Assembly (NCBI GenBank): GCA_040904565.1 | Contig: JBBDTI010000072.1 | Location: 9,022 to 73,021, forward strand | Length of the DNA: 64,000 nucleotides | Origin: Rhodothermales bacterium | Lineage (GTDB): Bacteria > Bacteroidota > Rhodothermia > Rhodothermales > VXPQ01 | Reading direction: 5' to 3' | In this document: positions 26,789 to 36,186 of the stretch, in pieces | How positions within the stretch are numbered: position 1 is the stretch's first letter | Layout of the letters: the number at the start of each line of letters is the position of its first letter | The notes under the pieces: model-generated | What the model saw: only the letters and a program-made list of their open reading frames with translations | Database searches by the model: none | What the model was told of the DNA's origin: nothing | Made by a program: the position numbers and the translations under genes

Positions 26789-27259
26789 ATGGCCCATACA
26801 TTCACGGTCCGGACCGGCGCATTCGACTCAGGCACCGCTCTTCCGGACAAATACACGTGCGAAGGAGAGAACGTCTCACCGCCATTCACGCTCGACCACG
26901 TACCGGACGCGGCGAAGACACTCGCCATCATCGTTGACGACCCCGATGCGCCCCGTAAGACATTCGTGCACTGGGTGCTCTTCAACGTTCCGGCCTCGGC
27001 AACCGACCTCCCCGAAAACCTGGACATCGAGGCCGACCTGCCGCCCGGCGACGCTTTGGAGGGTGTGAATGATTTCGGCGACATGGGATACGGCGGCCCG
27101 TGCCCGCCGCCGGGTGCCGACCATCACTATCAGTTCCGCTTTTATGCCCTCGACACGCCGCTGGACGTCGCTCAAGGTGCGACGAAGAAGCAGGTTACGC
27201 AGGCCATGGACGGCCACGTGCTTGCCGAAGCGGAAGTTGTCGGTACCTATCGGCGATGA
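26789..27259 (+). CDS. YbhB/YbcL (PEBP/Raf kinase inhibitor-like) protein
   Basis: YTCEG.NVSPP, DDPDAP, FVHW, GYGGPCPP, HHYQFRFYALD. Confidence 0.92.
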   Translation: MAHTFTVRTGAFDSGTALPDKYTCEGENVSPPFTLDHVPDAAKTLAIIVDDPDAPRKTFVHWVLFNVPASATDLPENLDIEADLPPGDALEGVNDFGDMGYGGPCPPPGADHHYQFRFYALDTPLDVAQGATKKQVTQAMDGHVLAEAEVVGTYRR

Positions 27260-27293
27260 GCGGAACGAGCCGCGATACGAGATCCGTAGCGCC

Positions 27294-28172
27294 ATGACGA
27301 ACCAGGAGACACCTCCGAATAATGCGAGCATCGCGAATCAGTTCGACGAGGTCGCGGAATTGCTCGACGTGCAGAACGCCAACCCGTTCCGTGTACAGGC
27401 CTATTTGAACGCCGCCCGGACGCTTCGTTCGCTCGACCGCGCGGTCGCGGATATACTGGCATCGGAGGGCATCGAAGGCCTCGAGCAGCTCCCACATATC
27501 GGATCCGGTCTCGCTGCGACCATCGATCAGATCGTGCATGACGGACGCCTACCGCTGCTCGAACGACTGCGTGGGGAAACGTCCTCGCTGTCGATCCTCA
27601 CCACAGTGCCCGGGATCGGCAAGCGCCTGGCAGAGCGCATACACGAGGAACTCGGCATCGGCACGCTGGCCGAGCTGGAGCAGGCCGCGCACCACGGCCG
27701 CCTGGATGAGGTGGAAGGCATTGGACCCAAAAGATTACGGGGCATCCGGGAGTCTCTGGCTGGACGGTTTCGTCGGACGCCAGGGCGCTCGAGTTACAGA
27801 CGAAAGGCGGACATCGCACGTGATCAGACGCCGATATCGGAAATCTTGAGCGTCGACGAGGAATATCGAACGAAGGCCAGCAAGCGCGAACTCCCTCAAA
27901 TAGCCCCCCGCCGTTTCAACCCGACGCACGAGTCCTGGTTACCCATCCTCCATACAACACGTGACGACCGGCATTACACGGCACTGTTCTCCAACACCGC
28001 CCGCGCCCATGAATTGGGGATGACGGACGACTGGGTCGTTATTTATCGGGATGATTCGGGAAGCGGCACGCAGTGGACGGTTGTGACAGCCCGGTACGGC
28101 CCGCTCGAGGGTCGCCGCATCGTTCGCGGTCGTGAAGTGGAGTGCCGGGCTCATTATGACGTGACCTCATAG
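27294..28172 (+). CDS. PolX N-terminal-like helix-hairpin-helix protein with an uncharacterised C-terminal domain
   Basis: NPFRVQAY.NAA, LPHIG, VPGIG, VEGIGPK HhH motifs. C-terminal IAPRRFNP...WLPILH...TALFSNTARAH...DWVVIY...RGRE.EC. Confidence 0.8.
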   Translation: MTNQETPPNNASIANQFDEVAELLDVQNANPFRVQAYLNAARTLRSLDRAVADILASEGIEGLEQLPHIGSGLAATIDQIVHDGRLPLLERLRGETSSLSILTTVPGIGKRLAERIHEELGIGTLAELEQAAHHGRLDEVEGIGPKRLRGIRESLAGRFRRTPGRSSYRRKADIARDQTPISEILSVDEEYRTKASKRELPQIAPRRFNPTHESWLPILHTTRDDRHYTALFSNTARAHELGMTDDWVVIYRDDSGSGTQWTVVTARYGPLEGRRIVRGREVECRAHYDVTS

Positions 28173-28202
28173 GTGACCCGTTCACGGCGCATCGACGGGT
28201 CG

Positions 28203-28535
28203 CTATTCTTCGTCGGCATAGTCGTAATGCACGCGCACCACGATGCGACCGTCCTCGTTCGAGTCGATCGCCGTCACCTTGTGTACGACAATCCCCGATT
28301 CCTCGATGGCCGGCTTGCGATGAAACGCGTCGACCATGCTCCGTACGCGCGACCGCAGCGCCTCATCGCCCTCTGCAGCACCTTCTCCTTCCACAAAACT
28401 CAGGTCCAGCTCAACCGGACCGTCGTGGTTCATCTCGTACTCGCGCACGACCTCTTCGATATGGGCCTCCAAATCGCTCTGATACTGCTGCACGGCCCGG
28501 GCTTCCATTTCTTTCCGACTTTCATTCGTTTCCAT
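28203..28535 (-). CDS. Hypothetical acidic protein (~110 aa)
   Basis: Natural-looking composition; fills the gap between flanking genes. Confidence 0.6.
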   Translation of the reverse strand: METNESRKEMEARAVQQYQSDLEAHIEEVVREYEMNHDGPVELDLSFVEGEGAAEGDEALRSRVRSMVDAFHRKPAIEESGIVVHKVTAIDSNEDGRIVVRVHYDYADEE

Positions 28536-28763
28536 CCTGGCGACCTGTATGTGGTTGCATCGGCGTCCGATCCTTGCAACCGTCACCGACAGGCTTGTTT
28601 CCCGTCAAATGCTACGCAGCTGTCAGGGGTGCCAATCTATCCAGAGGCGTTCCCGTTCCCTCCTCAAGCGTCCATTTTCTCGGATGTAGTTCGGGCGAAA
28701 ACCGTGTGCCCTATCGATTTTTCCCGGGCGTCCGACACGAATGGCTTCACTCCGAACGGACCG

Positions 28764-29588
28764 TCAATCACCCGCCTCCCTATCCCGGTTCAAGAGCGGC
28801 GCGCGCAGCATACCGGTGACGGTCTGGTCTTCCGGACGATCGAACTCGTCCAGCCCGAGCCGTAGCTCGCGAAGGTTCTTCCTCAGCCTGAACGACCGTC
28901 CGATACGATCCCAGAATGAGAAAAGCGAGGAATAGTTCGAGTCCGTCTCCGGCTGCCACCTCGAATGATGCACCTTGTGCATGGCCGGGGTCACGATGAT
29001 CGCTCGCAACGCGCGGTCGACCGGCTCGGGAAGGGCCAGGTTCGCGTGATGAAACTGGACGACGGCGAACATCACCGTCTCGTAGAAGAGCAGCTCCCAG
29101 AAGTAGACCCCCAACAGGATTATGAGCGGAATGCGAAGCAGCGAAGAGAAAAAGATCTCGCCGACGTGGAAGCGGCTTGCCGTCGTGACGTCCATCTTCG
29201 AATCGTAGTGGTGCACCCGGTGGAACCGCCAGAAAAACGGGATCATGTGATTCAGGCGATGCCACACGTACGTCCACGCATCGAGAAGCAGCACGGCGCC
29301 GAGAGCGTGAACCCAGAGGGGCACGCCGGACGACGACACCATCCAGTGCAGCAGGCCGAAACCGCGCTCTGCCGCCCAGCCGGCCGCCGCGTACCAGGCG
29401 CCTGCGAACACGACGGCGACGAGGATCGCGTTGAGTCCACCAATGACCAGATTGCGCAGCACGTGCTTCCCGCGCTCCTTATGCCGACCGCGAAAATACG
29501 CGAAAAACGGATGGGCCTGCTCCCAAATGAGGAGCACGACCAGTCCGGCTATCATGACCGCAGGTTGAATCTGTTGGATGTCCGGCAT
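28764..29588 (-). CDS. Sterol desaturase / fatty acid hydroxylase family membrane protein
   Basis: His boxes WHRLNH, FHRVHH, QFHH, HKVHH; SNYS...WDR; TM segments. Confidence 0.9.
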   Translation of the reverse strand: MPDIQQIQPAVMIAGLVVLLIWEQAHPFFAYFRGRHKERGKHVLRNLVIGGLNAILVAVVFAGAWYAAAGWAAERGFGLLHWMVSSSGVPLWVHALGAVLLLDAWTYVWHRLNHMIPFFWRFHRVHHYDSKMDVTTASRFHVGEIFFSSLLRIPLIILLGVYFWELLFYETVMFAVVQFHHANLALPEPVDRALRAIIVTPAMHKVHHSRWQPETDSNYSSLFSFWDRIGRSFRLRKNLRELRLGLDEFDRPEDQTVTGMLRAPLLNRDREAGD

Positions 29589-29592
29589 GGCG

Positions 29593-30267
29593 TCAGGCTG
29601 CTTGCGAAACCGGATATCCGGCGCGCTTCCATTCAGGAAATCCATCGCGGAGCTTGCGTGCTCGAACGCCGTGGGACCGGAGCAGGCGTACGGCCTCGTG
29701 CGCGAAGACGCAGTAACGCCCCCGACAGTACGCCACGACCTCACGGTCCGACGACAATTCGCCGAGATAGTCGGAAAGTTCTTCTAGCGGGACGGACCGT
29801 GCGCCGGCGATGTGGCCTTGATCGAACTCGAGGCGCGGTCGGACATCGAGAAGGGATACGCTCCCGTCGTCCATGGCGGACTTCAACTCCTCAAGCGTCA
29901 TTTCACGTCCCTGCTCTTCACGGAGTCCAACCGCGGCAAGCAACCGATCGATTTCGGCCAGATGCTCCTCGCCGACCCGGTGCAAGGCCCGCACGACGTC
30001 GACTACGCCGAGGCTGCTCAGCCGGTAATAGGCATACGTTCCCTCACGACGGTTGACGACGAGGCGAGCGCGCAGCATCGTCCGGAGGTGCTGCGACGCA
30101 CTCGCGACGGGCATGGCCGTCTCCCCGGCCAGCTCTTCCACGGTGCGCTCTCCCTGCGCCAGCACGTCCAGCAGCTCCAACCGCCTGGCGTGCCCGAGCG
30201 CCCGGCCGATCCGGGCAAACTCCCCGTACAATCCATCCTTAAAGGCACGCTTCTCCTCGTGGTTCAT
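29593..30267 (-). CDS. ArsR-family regulator fused to a rhodanese domain
   Basis: RRLELLDVLAQGERTVEELA...ASQHL wHTH; LLDVRP..EF..GHI.GA, YCRGRYC, DGFPEW. Confidence 0.92.
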   Translation of the reverse strand: MNHEEKRAFKDGLYGEFARIGRALGHARRLELLDVLAQGERTVEELAGETAMPVASASQHLRTMLRARLVVNRREGTYAYYRLSSLGVVDVVRALHRVGEEHLAEIDRLLAAVGLREEQGREMTLEELKSAMDDGSVSLLDVRPRLEFDQGHIAGARSVPLEELSDYLGELSSDREVVAYCRGRYCVFAHEAVRLLRSHGVRARKLRDGFPEWKRAGYPVSQAA

Positions 30268-30512
30268 GCCGGCTCCTCGCTTGCTACGACCTCTTTCGAA
30301 GGGGCGGCGGCCGCGCGGTTGAGATCCGACAGCAGTCGATCGAGTGGAATCCGGTGCATGCGGGCCGCATTTCGCACGGACATGACGCGGGCCATTATTC
30401 CGAAAAATCCCGCGCGCATATCCGGACAACCGTGAGAGAAGAAGACCTCTACCGTGTCCGGCCAATCCTGAATGACCCTGGCTACCTTCATATCGGACGT
30501 AATCGATGCCAT
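30264..30512 (-). CDS. DUF1858-like small protein
   Basis: ITSDMKVARVIQDWPDTVEVFFSHG...SVRNAARMHRIPLDRLLSDLN. ATGA overlap with arsR. Confidence 0.75.
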   Translation of the reverse strand: MASITSDMKVARVIQDWPDTVEVFFSHGCPDMRAGFFGIMARVMSVRNAARMHRIPLDRLLSDLNRAAAAPSKEVVASEEPA

Positions 30513-30549
30513 GACTCCCGCTCTCGATTCACGTTACATATACGCTATC

Positions 30550-30579
30550 ATACTATTCAATTAAAGCATTGACTAGTAT
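30550..30579. promoter_or_regulatory. Imperfect 12-6-12 palindrome, candidate ArsR operator
   Basis: ATACTATTCAAT-TAAAGC-ATTGACTAGTAT (11/12 match), about 40 nt upstream of the operon start. Confidence 0.65.
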
Positions 30580-30726
30580 ATACGCAACCTGCGGCGAACC
30601 GATTTGTGTCGCATCGTCGGCACATTGATTTGGCGTAACCAGGCGAGACGGTGCGAGAGGTAAACGCCGGTGCAAACGTCCCTTTCTTCCCCGCCTCCGA
30701 CGTGATGGAATTGACGCCGGATGTGT

Positions 30727-31020
30727 TTAGACCATCATCACGGTTAAAAAGCGGAACATCAGAAAAGCACCGCCGGAAACGGTCATGTTGGGCTGCGTTT
30801 TCTTGGCCGCGTCGCCGCCGAAACTCGAATGCGTCACGGAACCACGAACCCCCACGGACAGCGCGGACGGCAGAACGGCCTGCTGGACGGTCGCAGACGG
30901 GGCGTCTGACGCAACATCATTCGCGTTCATGTTTACCTGTGCATGCGCCCAGGTCGCTCCCATGAAGAGAAAGAGCAACGCAAAGGCCACATGCCGTACA
31001 CTGCTCGCTAGTCGTTTCAT
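30727..31020 (-). pseudogene. Truncated outer-membrane beta-barrel (PorT/OMP_b-brl-like) precursor
   Basis: Signal peptide ending AHA-Q, then SVGVRGSVTHSSFGG...GGAFLMFRF (two beta strands), then stop at ~97 aa. Confidence 0.5.
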
Positions 31021-31358
31021 GGCGCGCACCTCAATACCTGATGTTGATCGTGATCTACCATCGCCCGGCAACGGGCGACATCGGAAGGAATGCGATACGA
31101 GGAGCGTATCGCATTCCATCGATGCATATCGCGTTTCGCATTTCCTTACTGCACTTTTCAATAGAATTAAACAGCGTTCCAATCCACCTCATATACTGGC
31201 CATATTGGAAGTGGGCCACCCCGACGCGAAAACTTGACACAGGCCCGCCGCACATGCTGTCAATTTTCCAGCACGCCGGCCGGCGCATTACGGCGTCCAT
31301 GCCCGATCATCCGCATGTATGACCTACCGGCCGATCGCCGCATTTTCGAACGACACCG

Positions 31359-32576
31359 ATGAACGTAAAGGCATCCTACGAACGCATTCCGGCTGCACTC
31401 TACCGTCAATGGTGGGGGGCGCTGTTAGTCGGTTCCGCTGTCGTCGCAGCGACGACGGCCGTCCTGCTCGCCGTGTGGCCTTTCCGTCATGCCGCACTCT
31501 GGGGTGCCACGGGGGGCATCACGCTGGCATATGTATTTGGCTACCTTCGTTACGGCCTGAAGTACAATCGCGCGGCGGCATCCGAGCGTATAATTCCACA
31601 CCTCGGGCCAGCAAACAGTCTCACCGTGACACGCGGCATACTCGCGGCCGTACTCTCGGGCTTCCTGTTCGTCCCCGAGCCACACGGACCGCTGGCCTGG
31701 TTACCGGCCGGTCTCTATCTCACGATCGGCGTACTGGACTATCTGGACGGACTCCTTGCACGGTCCGGAGGGCGTGAGTCTATACTTGGTTCCAAGATGG
31801 ATATGACGTACGACGCGCTCGGAACCGTCGTCGCGATCGCGGTGGCCGTTCGATACGGACAACTTCCGGCGGTGTATCTGGGGATTGGACTGCTCTACTA
31901 CGTCTTCCACGGGCACATGTACCTTCGGCGCATCAGAAACCTTCCCGTCCATCCGCTGCCTCCCAGCCGCAGGCGACGATTTTACGCCGGATGCCTTTTC
32001 GGTTTTCTCGCCGTGGCCCTAGCGCCTCCCATGCAGCCACCGGCCACGGTGCTTGCCGGATGGCTGTTCGCGGTTCCGGTGGCCGCCGGATTCGTCCACG
32101 ACTGGCTCGTGGCGATCGGACGCGCAGACGTCGCTTCCCCACGCTATCTGCGCATTCGGGCTCGCATGCAGTCGATCCTGTTCGACCGGCTTCCGGTTGC
32201 CCTGCGGGGTTTTGCGGTGGTCGCCGGACTCATTCTGCTGGGGCGGGGACTCTGGGGTCCCGCCACGTGGTCGGCACGAATTACAGACGTGACGATGGTG
32301 GCGCCGCTCGTGCCTGCGTCCACTCTCGTACTCGTCCTCGTACTCTCCGTGGCGAGCGTGGGACTCGGGTGGATGGGACGACTGGGGGCGGTCGCACTCC
32401 TCGGCGTGGGGTGTGCGGACATCCTGCTCGCGTCGTTCGACATCCTCAACGCGGCCGTCCTCGCGGGAAGCATCAGCCTTCTATTACTTGGAACCGGCAT
32501 CCTGTCGCTAAACACGGCCGACGCGGAACAGATACTCCGGCACGCCGGCACGCCGACCTCTTCATCCACTGAATAA
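31359..32576 (+). CDS. CDP-alcohol phosphatidyltransferase family protein with extra TM C-terminus
   Basis: ANSLTVTRG; DYLDGLLARSGGRESILGSKMDMTYD matches D-x2-DG-x2-AR-x7/8-G-x3-D-x3-D. Confidence 0.88.
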   Translation: MNVKASYERIPAALYRQWWGALLVGSAVVAATTAVLLAVWPFRHAALWGATGGITLAYVFGYLRYGLKYNRAAASERIIPHLGPANSLTVTRGILAAVLSGFLFVPEPHGPLAWLPAGLYLTIGVLDYLDGLLARSGGRESILGSKMDMTYDALGTVVAIAVAVRYGQLPAVYLGIGLLYYVFHGHMYLRRIRNLPVHPLPPSRRRRFYAGCLFGFLAVALAPPMQPPATVLAGWLFAVPVAAGFVHDWLVAIGRADVASPRYLRIRARMQSILFDRLPVALRGFAVVAGLILLGRGLWGPATWSARITDVTMVAPLVPASTLVLVLVLSVASVGLGWMGRLGAVALLGVGCADILLASFDILNAAVLAGSISLLLLGTGILSLNTADAEQILRHAGTPTSSSTE

Positions 32577-32578
32577 TC

Positions 32579-34492
32579 ATGCTCGATCTCGGCATCGTCC
32601 TCGCCTTCATCGTCTACGCCGTCGCGGCGGGCTTCAAGGCCCGGGGTAAGGCCTCACGCAATCTCGATGCGTATTTCCTGGCCGATCGCGACGTGAAGGG
32701 ATGGAAGGCCGGCATCAGCATGGCCGCCACGCAGTACGCGGCCGACACCCCGCTGCTGTCGACCGGACTCATCGCTACGGGCGGCGTCTTCGTTCTCTGG
32801 AGATTCTGGATTTATGGATTCGGCTACATCCTCCTCGGGCTCGTATTCGCGGAGATGTGGCGACGAGCACGGGTGCTCACGGACGCCGAGCTGACCGAGC
32901 TTCGGTACAGTGGACGCGGCGTCCTGGCCCTGCGAACCCTGAAGGCGATCTACTACGGCACCATCGTCAATTGCTTCTTTCTGGCCATGGTACTCATCGC
33001 GGCCGTTCGGATCGCTGAGGTTTTTCTTCCGTGGCACACCTGGCTCCCCGCAACGCTGTACGATGCGATCGCCGCGGGCGTACAGATCGCAGGCATCTCC
33101 ATCGGTACGAGCGTAACCGGACTCGACCCGACGACCACCGCTGCAAACGGAATCATCAGCATCATCGCGATCGTCGCTTTCGTGCTGCTGTACTCGGCCA
33201 CCGGTGGTTTGCGCAGCGTCGTGGCTACCGATGTCATGCAGTTCGCCTTTGCCATGGTGGGTACGGTCTGCTACGCCGTCCTCGTCGTGCTGGAAGTCGG
33301 GGGGATCGACCGGCTCGGCATCCGGCTGAGTGAGATATATGGACAGGCACAGAGCCGGGAATTGCTCGCGCTCCTTCCAACGGAGGGCGGCGCGCTGCTG
33401 CCCTTTCTCGCCATTATCGGACTGCAGGGCCTTTTCTGGATCAGCAGCGACGGGACCGGATACCTGGCCCAGCGAGCGATGTCGTGCCGCACCGATCACG
33501 ATGCCCGCATCGCCGGCATGGTATTCAGCTGGGCGCAAATCCTCGGTCGCAGCCTGATCTGGCTGGTCATCGGCGCGGGTTTGCTGGTCGTCTATCCATT
33601 CACGCCGGCCGACGCGGCCGCTGAGGGATTTGCTGCTTCGAGAGAAATGACGTTCGTCCGCGGCATCGACGACCTGATGCCTGTCGGACTCAAAGGCATC
33701 ATGCTGACCGGATTGCTGGCCGCACTGGCCTCCACCGTAGATACACACCTCAACTGGGGAGCCTCCTACTGGACGAACGATCTCTACGACCGGCTCCTCT
33801 GCCGCCGGTGGCTCAAGCGTCCACCCGAGGATCGCACCCTCGTTTTCGTAGCCCGGCTATCCAACGTCGTCATCCTCGTCCTGGCACTGACCGTGATGGT
33901 CAACCTGCAATCGATTCAGGCCACGTGGTTCGTCTCCCTCGTCTTTGGGGCCGGCATCGGTGGCGTGCTCATGCTGCGCTGGCTATGGCACCGTATCAAT
34001 ATGTATGCGGAGGTCGCCGCAATCGCTACGTCGCTCCTCGCAGCGCCGCTCATTATCGCAACGGTAGACGCCGAGTGGCTGCGCCTTAGCCTGATCGTCG
34101 GTCTGTCGACGGGGGCGGCCATCGGTACGGCCTACCTCACACCTGCTACACCGGCCGCCGCACTCCAGGCATTCTACGATCGGGTTCGTCCGCTCGGGTA
34201 CTGGCCCGAACACATCATCGGAGCACACCGGCCGATGCACGCCCTGCGCCGGCGACTGCGATTCACGCTGCTGATGACCGCCTCGCTATTTCTGGCCCTC
34301 GTCGGCCTGGCGCGCCTGCTCGTACCCGTCCCGTCCGGCACGCCGCTATGGGGATGGGCCGCGCTTGCGGCATCCATCCTCCTCATACCGTTCTGGCTCT
34401 CCGCCTTCGAAAGGGACACGTTCGCGGACGGGCGTACGGAGGAGGCAGACATCGTGACGGATCCGGCGTCCAGACGCGAACAGAACGAGTAA
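32579..34492 (+). CDS. Sodium:solute symporter (SSS) family protein
   Basis: YFLA, SMAATQYAADTP, GGLRSVVATDVMQ, YLAQRAMS, AALASTVDTHLNWGASY; many TM helices. Confidence 0.92.
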   Translation: MLDLGIVLAFIVYAVAAGFKARGKASRNLDAYFLADRDVKGWKAGISMAATQYAADTPLLSTGLIATGGVFVLWRFWIYGFGYILLGLVFAEMWRRARVLTDAELTELRYSGRGVLALRTLKAIYYGTIVNCFFLAMVLIAAVRIAEVFLPWHTWLPATLYDAIAAGVQIAGISIGTSVTGLDPTTTAANGIISIIAIVAFVLLYSATGGLRSVVATDVMQFAFAMVGTVCYAVLVVLEVGGIDRLGIRLSEIYGQAQSRELLALLPTEGGALLPFLAIIGLQGLFWISSDGTGYLAQRAMSCRTDHDARIAGMVFSWAQILGRSLIWLVIGAGLLVVYPFTPADAAAEGFAASREMTFVRGIDDLMPVGLKGIMLTGLLAALASTVDTHLNWGASYWTNDLYDRLLCRRWLKRPPEDRTLVFVARLSNVVILVLALTVMVNLQSIQATWFVSLVFGAGIGGVLMLRWLWHRINMYAEVAAIATSLLAAPLIIATVDAEWLRLSLIVGLSTGAAIGTAYLTPATPAAALQAFYDRVRPLGYWPEHIIGAHRPMHALRRRLRFTLLMTASLFLALVGLARLLVPVPSGTPLWGWAALAASILLIPFWLSAFERDTFADGRTEEADIVTDPASRREQNE

Positions 34493-34592
34493 AGGGAGGG
34501 CAACATGAAGCCGGGTAAGGGGAGCCCATATGAAGGCGAGGAAGCTCGGTCCACTCAACGGCCCACTAGTGTCTAACTGCCACCCCCGTAGT

Positions 34593-34622
34593 GTTAAACA
34601 GCCTCTCGAAAGGCAGTTTAAC
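34593..34622. promoter_or_regulatory. Inverted repeat (terminator of the symporter operon, or operator of the small ORF)
   Basis: GTTAAAC-A-GCCT-CTCGAA-AGGC-A-GTTTAAC. Confidence 0.4.
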
Positions 34623-34705
34623 CTCTATCGAATTGCCGGATGCTACAGGATCTTTCGGTTAGCCGCGTCAATCACGTAGCACGCGTAGCAAAGGAGTAGC
34701 GATTT

Positions 34706-34918
34706 ATGCAGCGTGGACTTGATATGGAGCTCGGCGAGCTCCTCTCATCTGCCCGAGCGAGCGGGCATATAGATTCGTGGTCTCGATCGGGCACTTCCCT
34801 GCACGTTCGCATAGGCTGCGTCACGTACAATCTTGAGATGAACGACGCCGCAACGTTTCTGCGCAGGCTCATCCATGCGTCGGACAATGGATCCGCTCAG
34901 TTCTCGGCAAAGCAGTAA
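34706..34918 (+). CDS. Small hypothetical protein (70 aa), paralogue of 706..939
   Basis: SD AAGGAG upstream. Shares the pattern LLxxAxxxGxIDxWSxxGxxxxVxxGxxTY with 706..939. 3' end overlaps the convergent gene by 22 nt. Confidence 0.65.
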   Translation: MQRGLDMELGELLSSARASGHIDSWSRSGTSLHVRIGCVTYNLEMNDAATFLRRLIHASDNGSAQFSAKQ

Positions 34919-35577
34919 AAGAGACCGTCTCCGCCCGTCCCCTGTAGGTCGGACTGGCTGCAACCGCTGGATGCGTGGGCCGAGTTCCATGAGGTCGGAT
35001 TCGCGCCGCCACCGGTTCGGTCATGATGACCGACCTGGGCGCTACCCTCGCCGTTGCTCGTCCAATTCTGACAGGTCAGGTCTTCGTCTTGAGGGAACGC
35101 GGTACCGTCCAGCTGCGACCCCGTAAGAATGTCGTGCCGGTTCGGATCGTCACCCCGACCGTTCACCACGTTGCCGTTTTCGTCGAGGGAGACTTCCTTA
35201 CTCAAATTGTTGTCGTCGCTGTGCAGGTGCTCTACGTTTTCCGCGGCGAGTACCCCCTCGGCATTATACCAGGGTCCCGACCCAATGCGGTCGCGTGCGT
35301 CGACAGCATCCGCATCGTCGGTACCCTGCGTGCTGAGATACGCACGCCACGCGCGATCACCGGCATCAGCTTCCTCAGCCAGCACCTGACAGTGTTGATC
35401 CGCGCCGGCGAGCCCACCCAGATTAGCACCGTCTCCAGGCCCCGCACTCGTAATGAAGAATCCCATCTCGTGCTCCATGCTCGAATCGGAACCGGCCGTA
35501 TCGGCCGACCCTCCGCCGCCGCAAGCCGTGAACGCGAGCAACAGCATCAGGACGGAGACCGTCTGAACATACGGCAT
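34897..35577 (-). CDS. Lipoprotein with an endostatin/C-type lectin-like (collagenase NC10-like) domain
   Basis: Lipobox FTAC, NLGGLAGADQHC, WRAYLS, ARDRIGSGPWYN, HDILTGS, CQNWTS, LFYCFA. Confidence 0.8.
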   Translation of the reverse strand: MPYVQTVSVLMLLLAFTACGGGGSADTAGSDSSMEHEMGFFITSAGPGDGANLGGLAGADQHCQVLAEEADAGDRAWRAYLSTQGTDDADAVDARDRIGSGPWYNAEGVLAAENVEHLHSDDNNLSKEVSLDENGNVVNGRGDDPNRHDILTGSQLDGTAFPQDEDLTCQNWTSNGEGSAQVGHHDRTGGGANPTSWNSAHASSGCSQSDLQGTGGDGLFYCFAEN

Positions 35578-35745
35578 CACCGATGTTCGAAATGTCGTCT
35601 GCGATTTCTGCATTGCTGTATTCACCATGATTGCGGGCATATGATCGGTCACGGAAGCGTCAGTCGGACGGCCTCAATATACGATTCCGTAACGGACTTC
35701 ACATCAACCTCATAAGAATCCGTCGGAAGAATGGCGTCTCCCCCG

Positions 35746-36186
35746 TCAAACGTTCGTCGACAGCGTCGGACGCGAGGAAATATAGTGGTCGAATGAATAC
35801 CGCCCGGCACCTGCCAGTAGAAAGAACAGCGCGATGCACAGAAACAGGACACCGCGTTCCCGATTACCGAACGGGTCGCCGGCATGCGCTATGAACACGA
35901 CGGTCAGCATGTTGAGCGAGATGAAGAGCGCAGCCGGCCGCGTCGCCAGACCGATCGCCAGAAGAAGGCCGCAGCCAAACTCGGCAAACCCGCTCATCCA
36001 GGCGAAAAACGTGGGGAACGGGAAACCCATCTCGCCGGCCCCCTGGATGAATCGTTCCGACGGAGGCACCTTTCCGAGTCCGTGCGCCAGGGCGAGGGCG
36101 AGTCCCGCCCCGATCCGCAGCAATGCACGACCGGCGTCCGCCGCGGATGAATTCAAGGCGGCACTTCCAAATACAAGATGTTTCAC
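35746..36186 (-). CDS. DoxX family membrane protein
   Basis: LLRIGAG...HGLGK, AEFGCGLLLAIGLATRPAA, GAGRYSFD. GTG start estimated. Confidence 0.88.
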   Translation of the reverse strand: MKHLVFGSAALNSSAADAGRALLRIGAGLALALAHGLGKVPPSERFIQGAGEMGFPFPTFFAWMSGFAEFGCGLLLAIGLATRPAALFISLNMLTVVFIAHAGDPFGNRERGVLFLCIALFFLLAGAGRYSFDHYISSRPTLSTNV

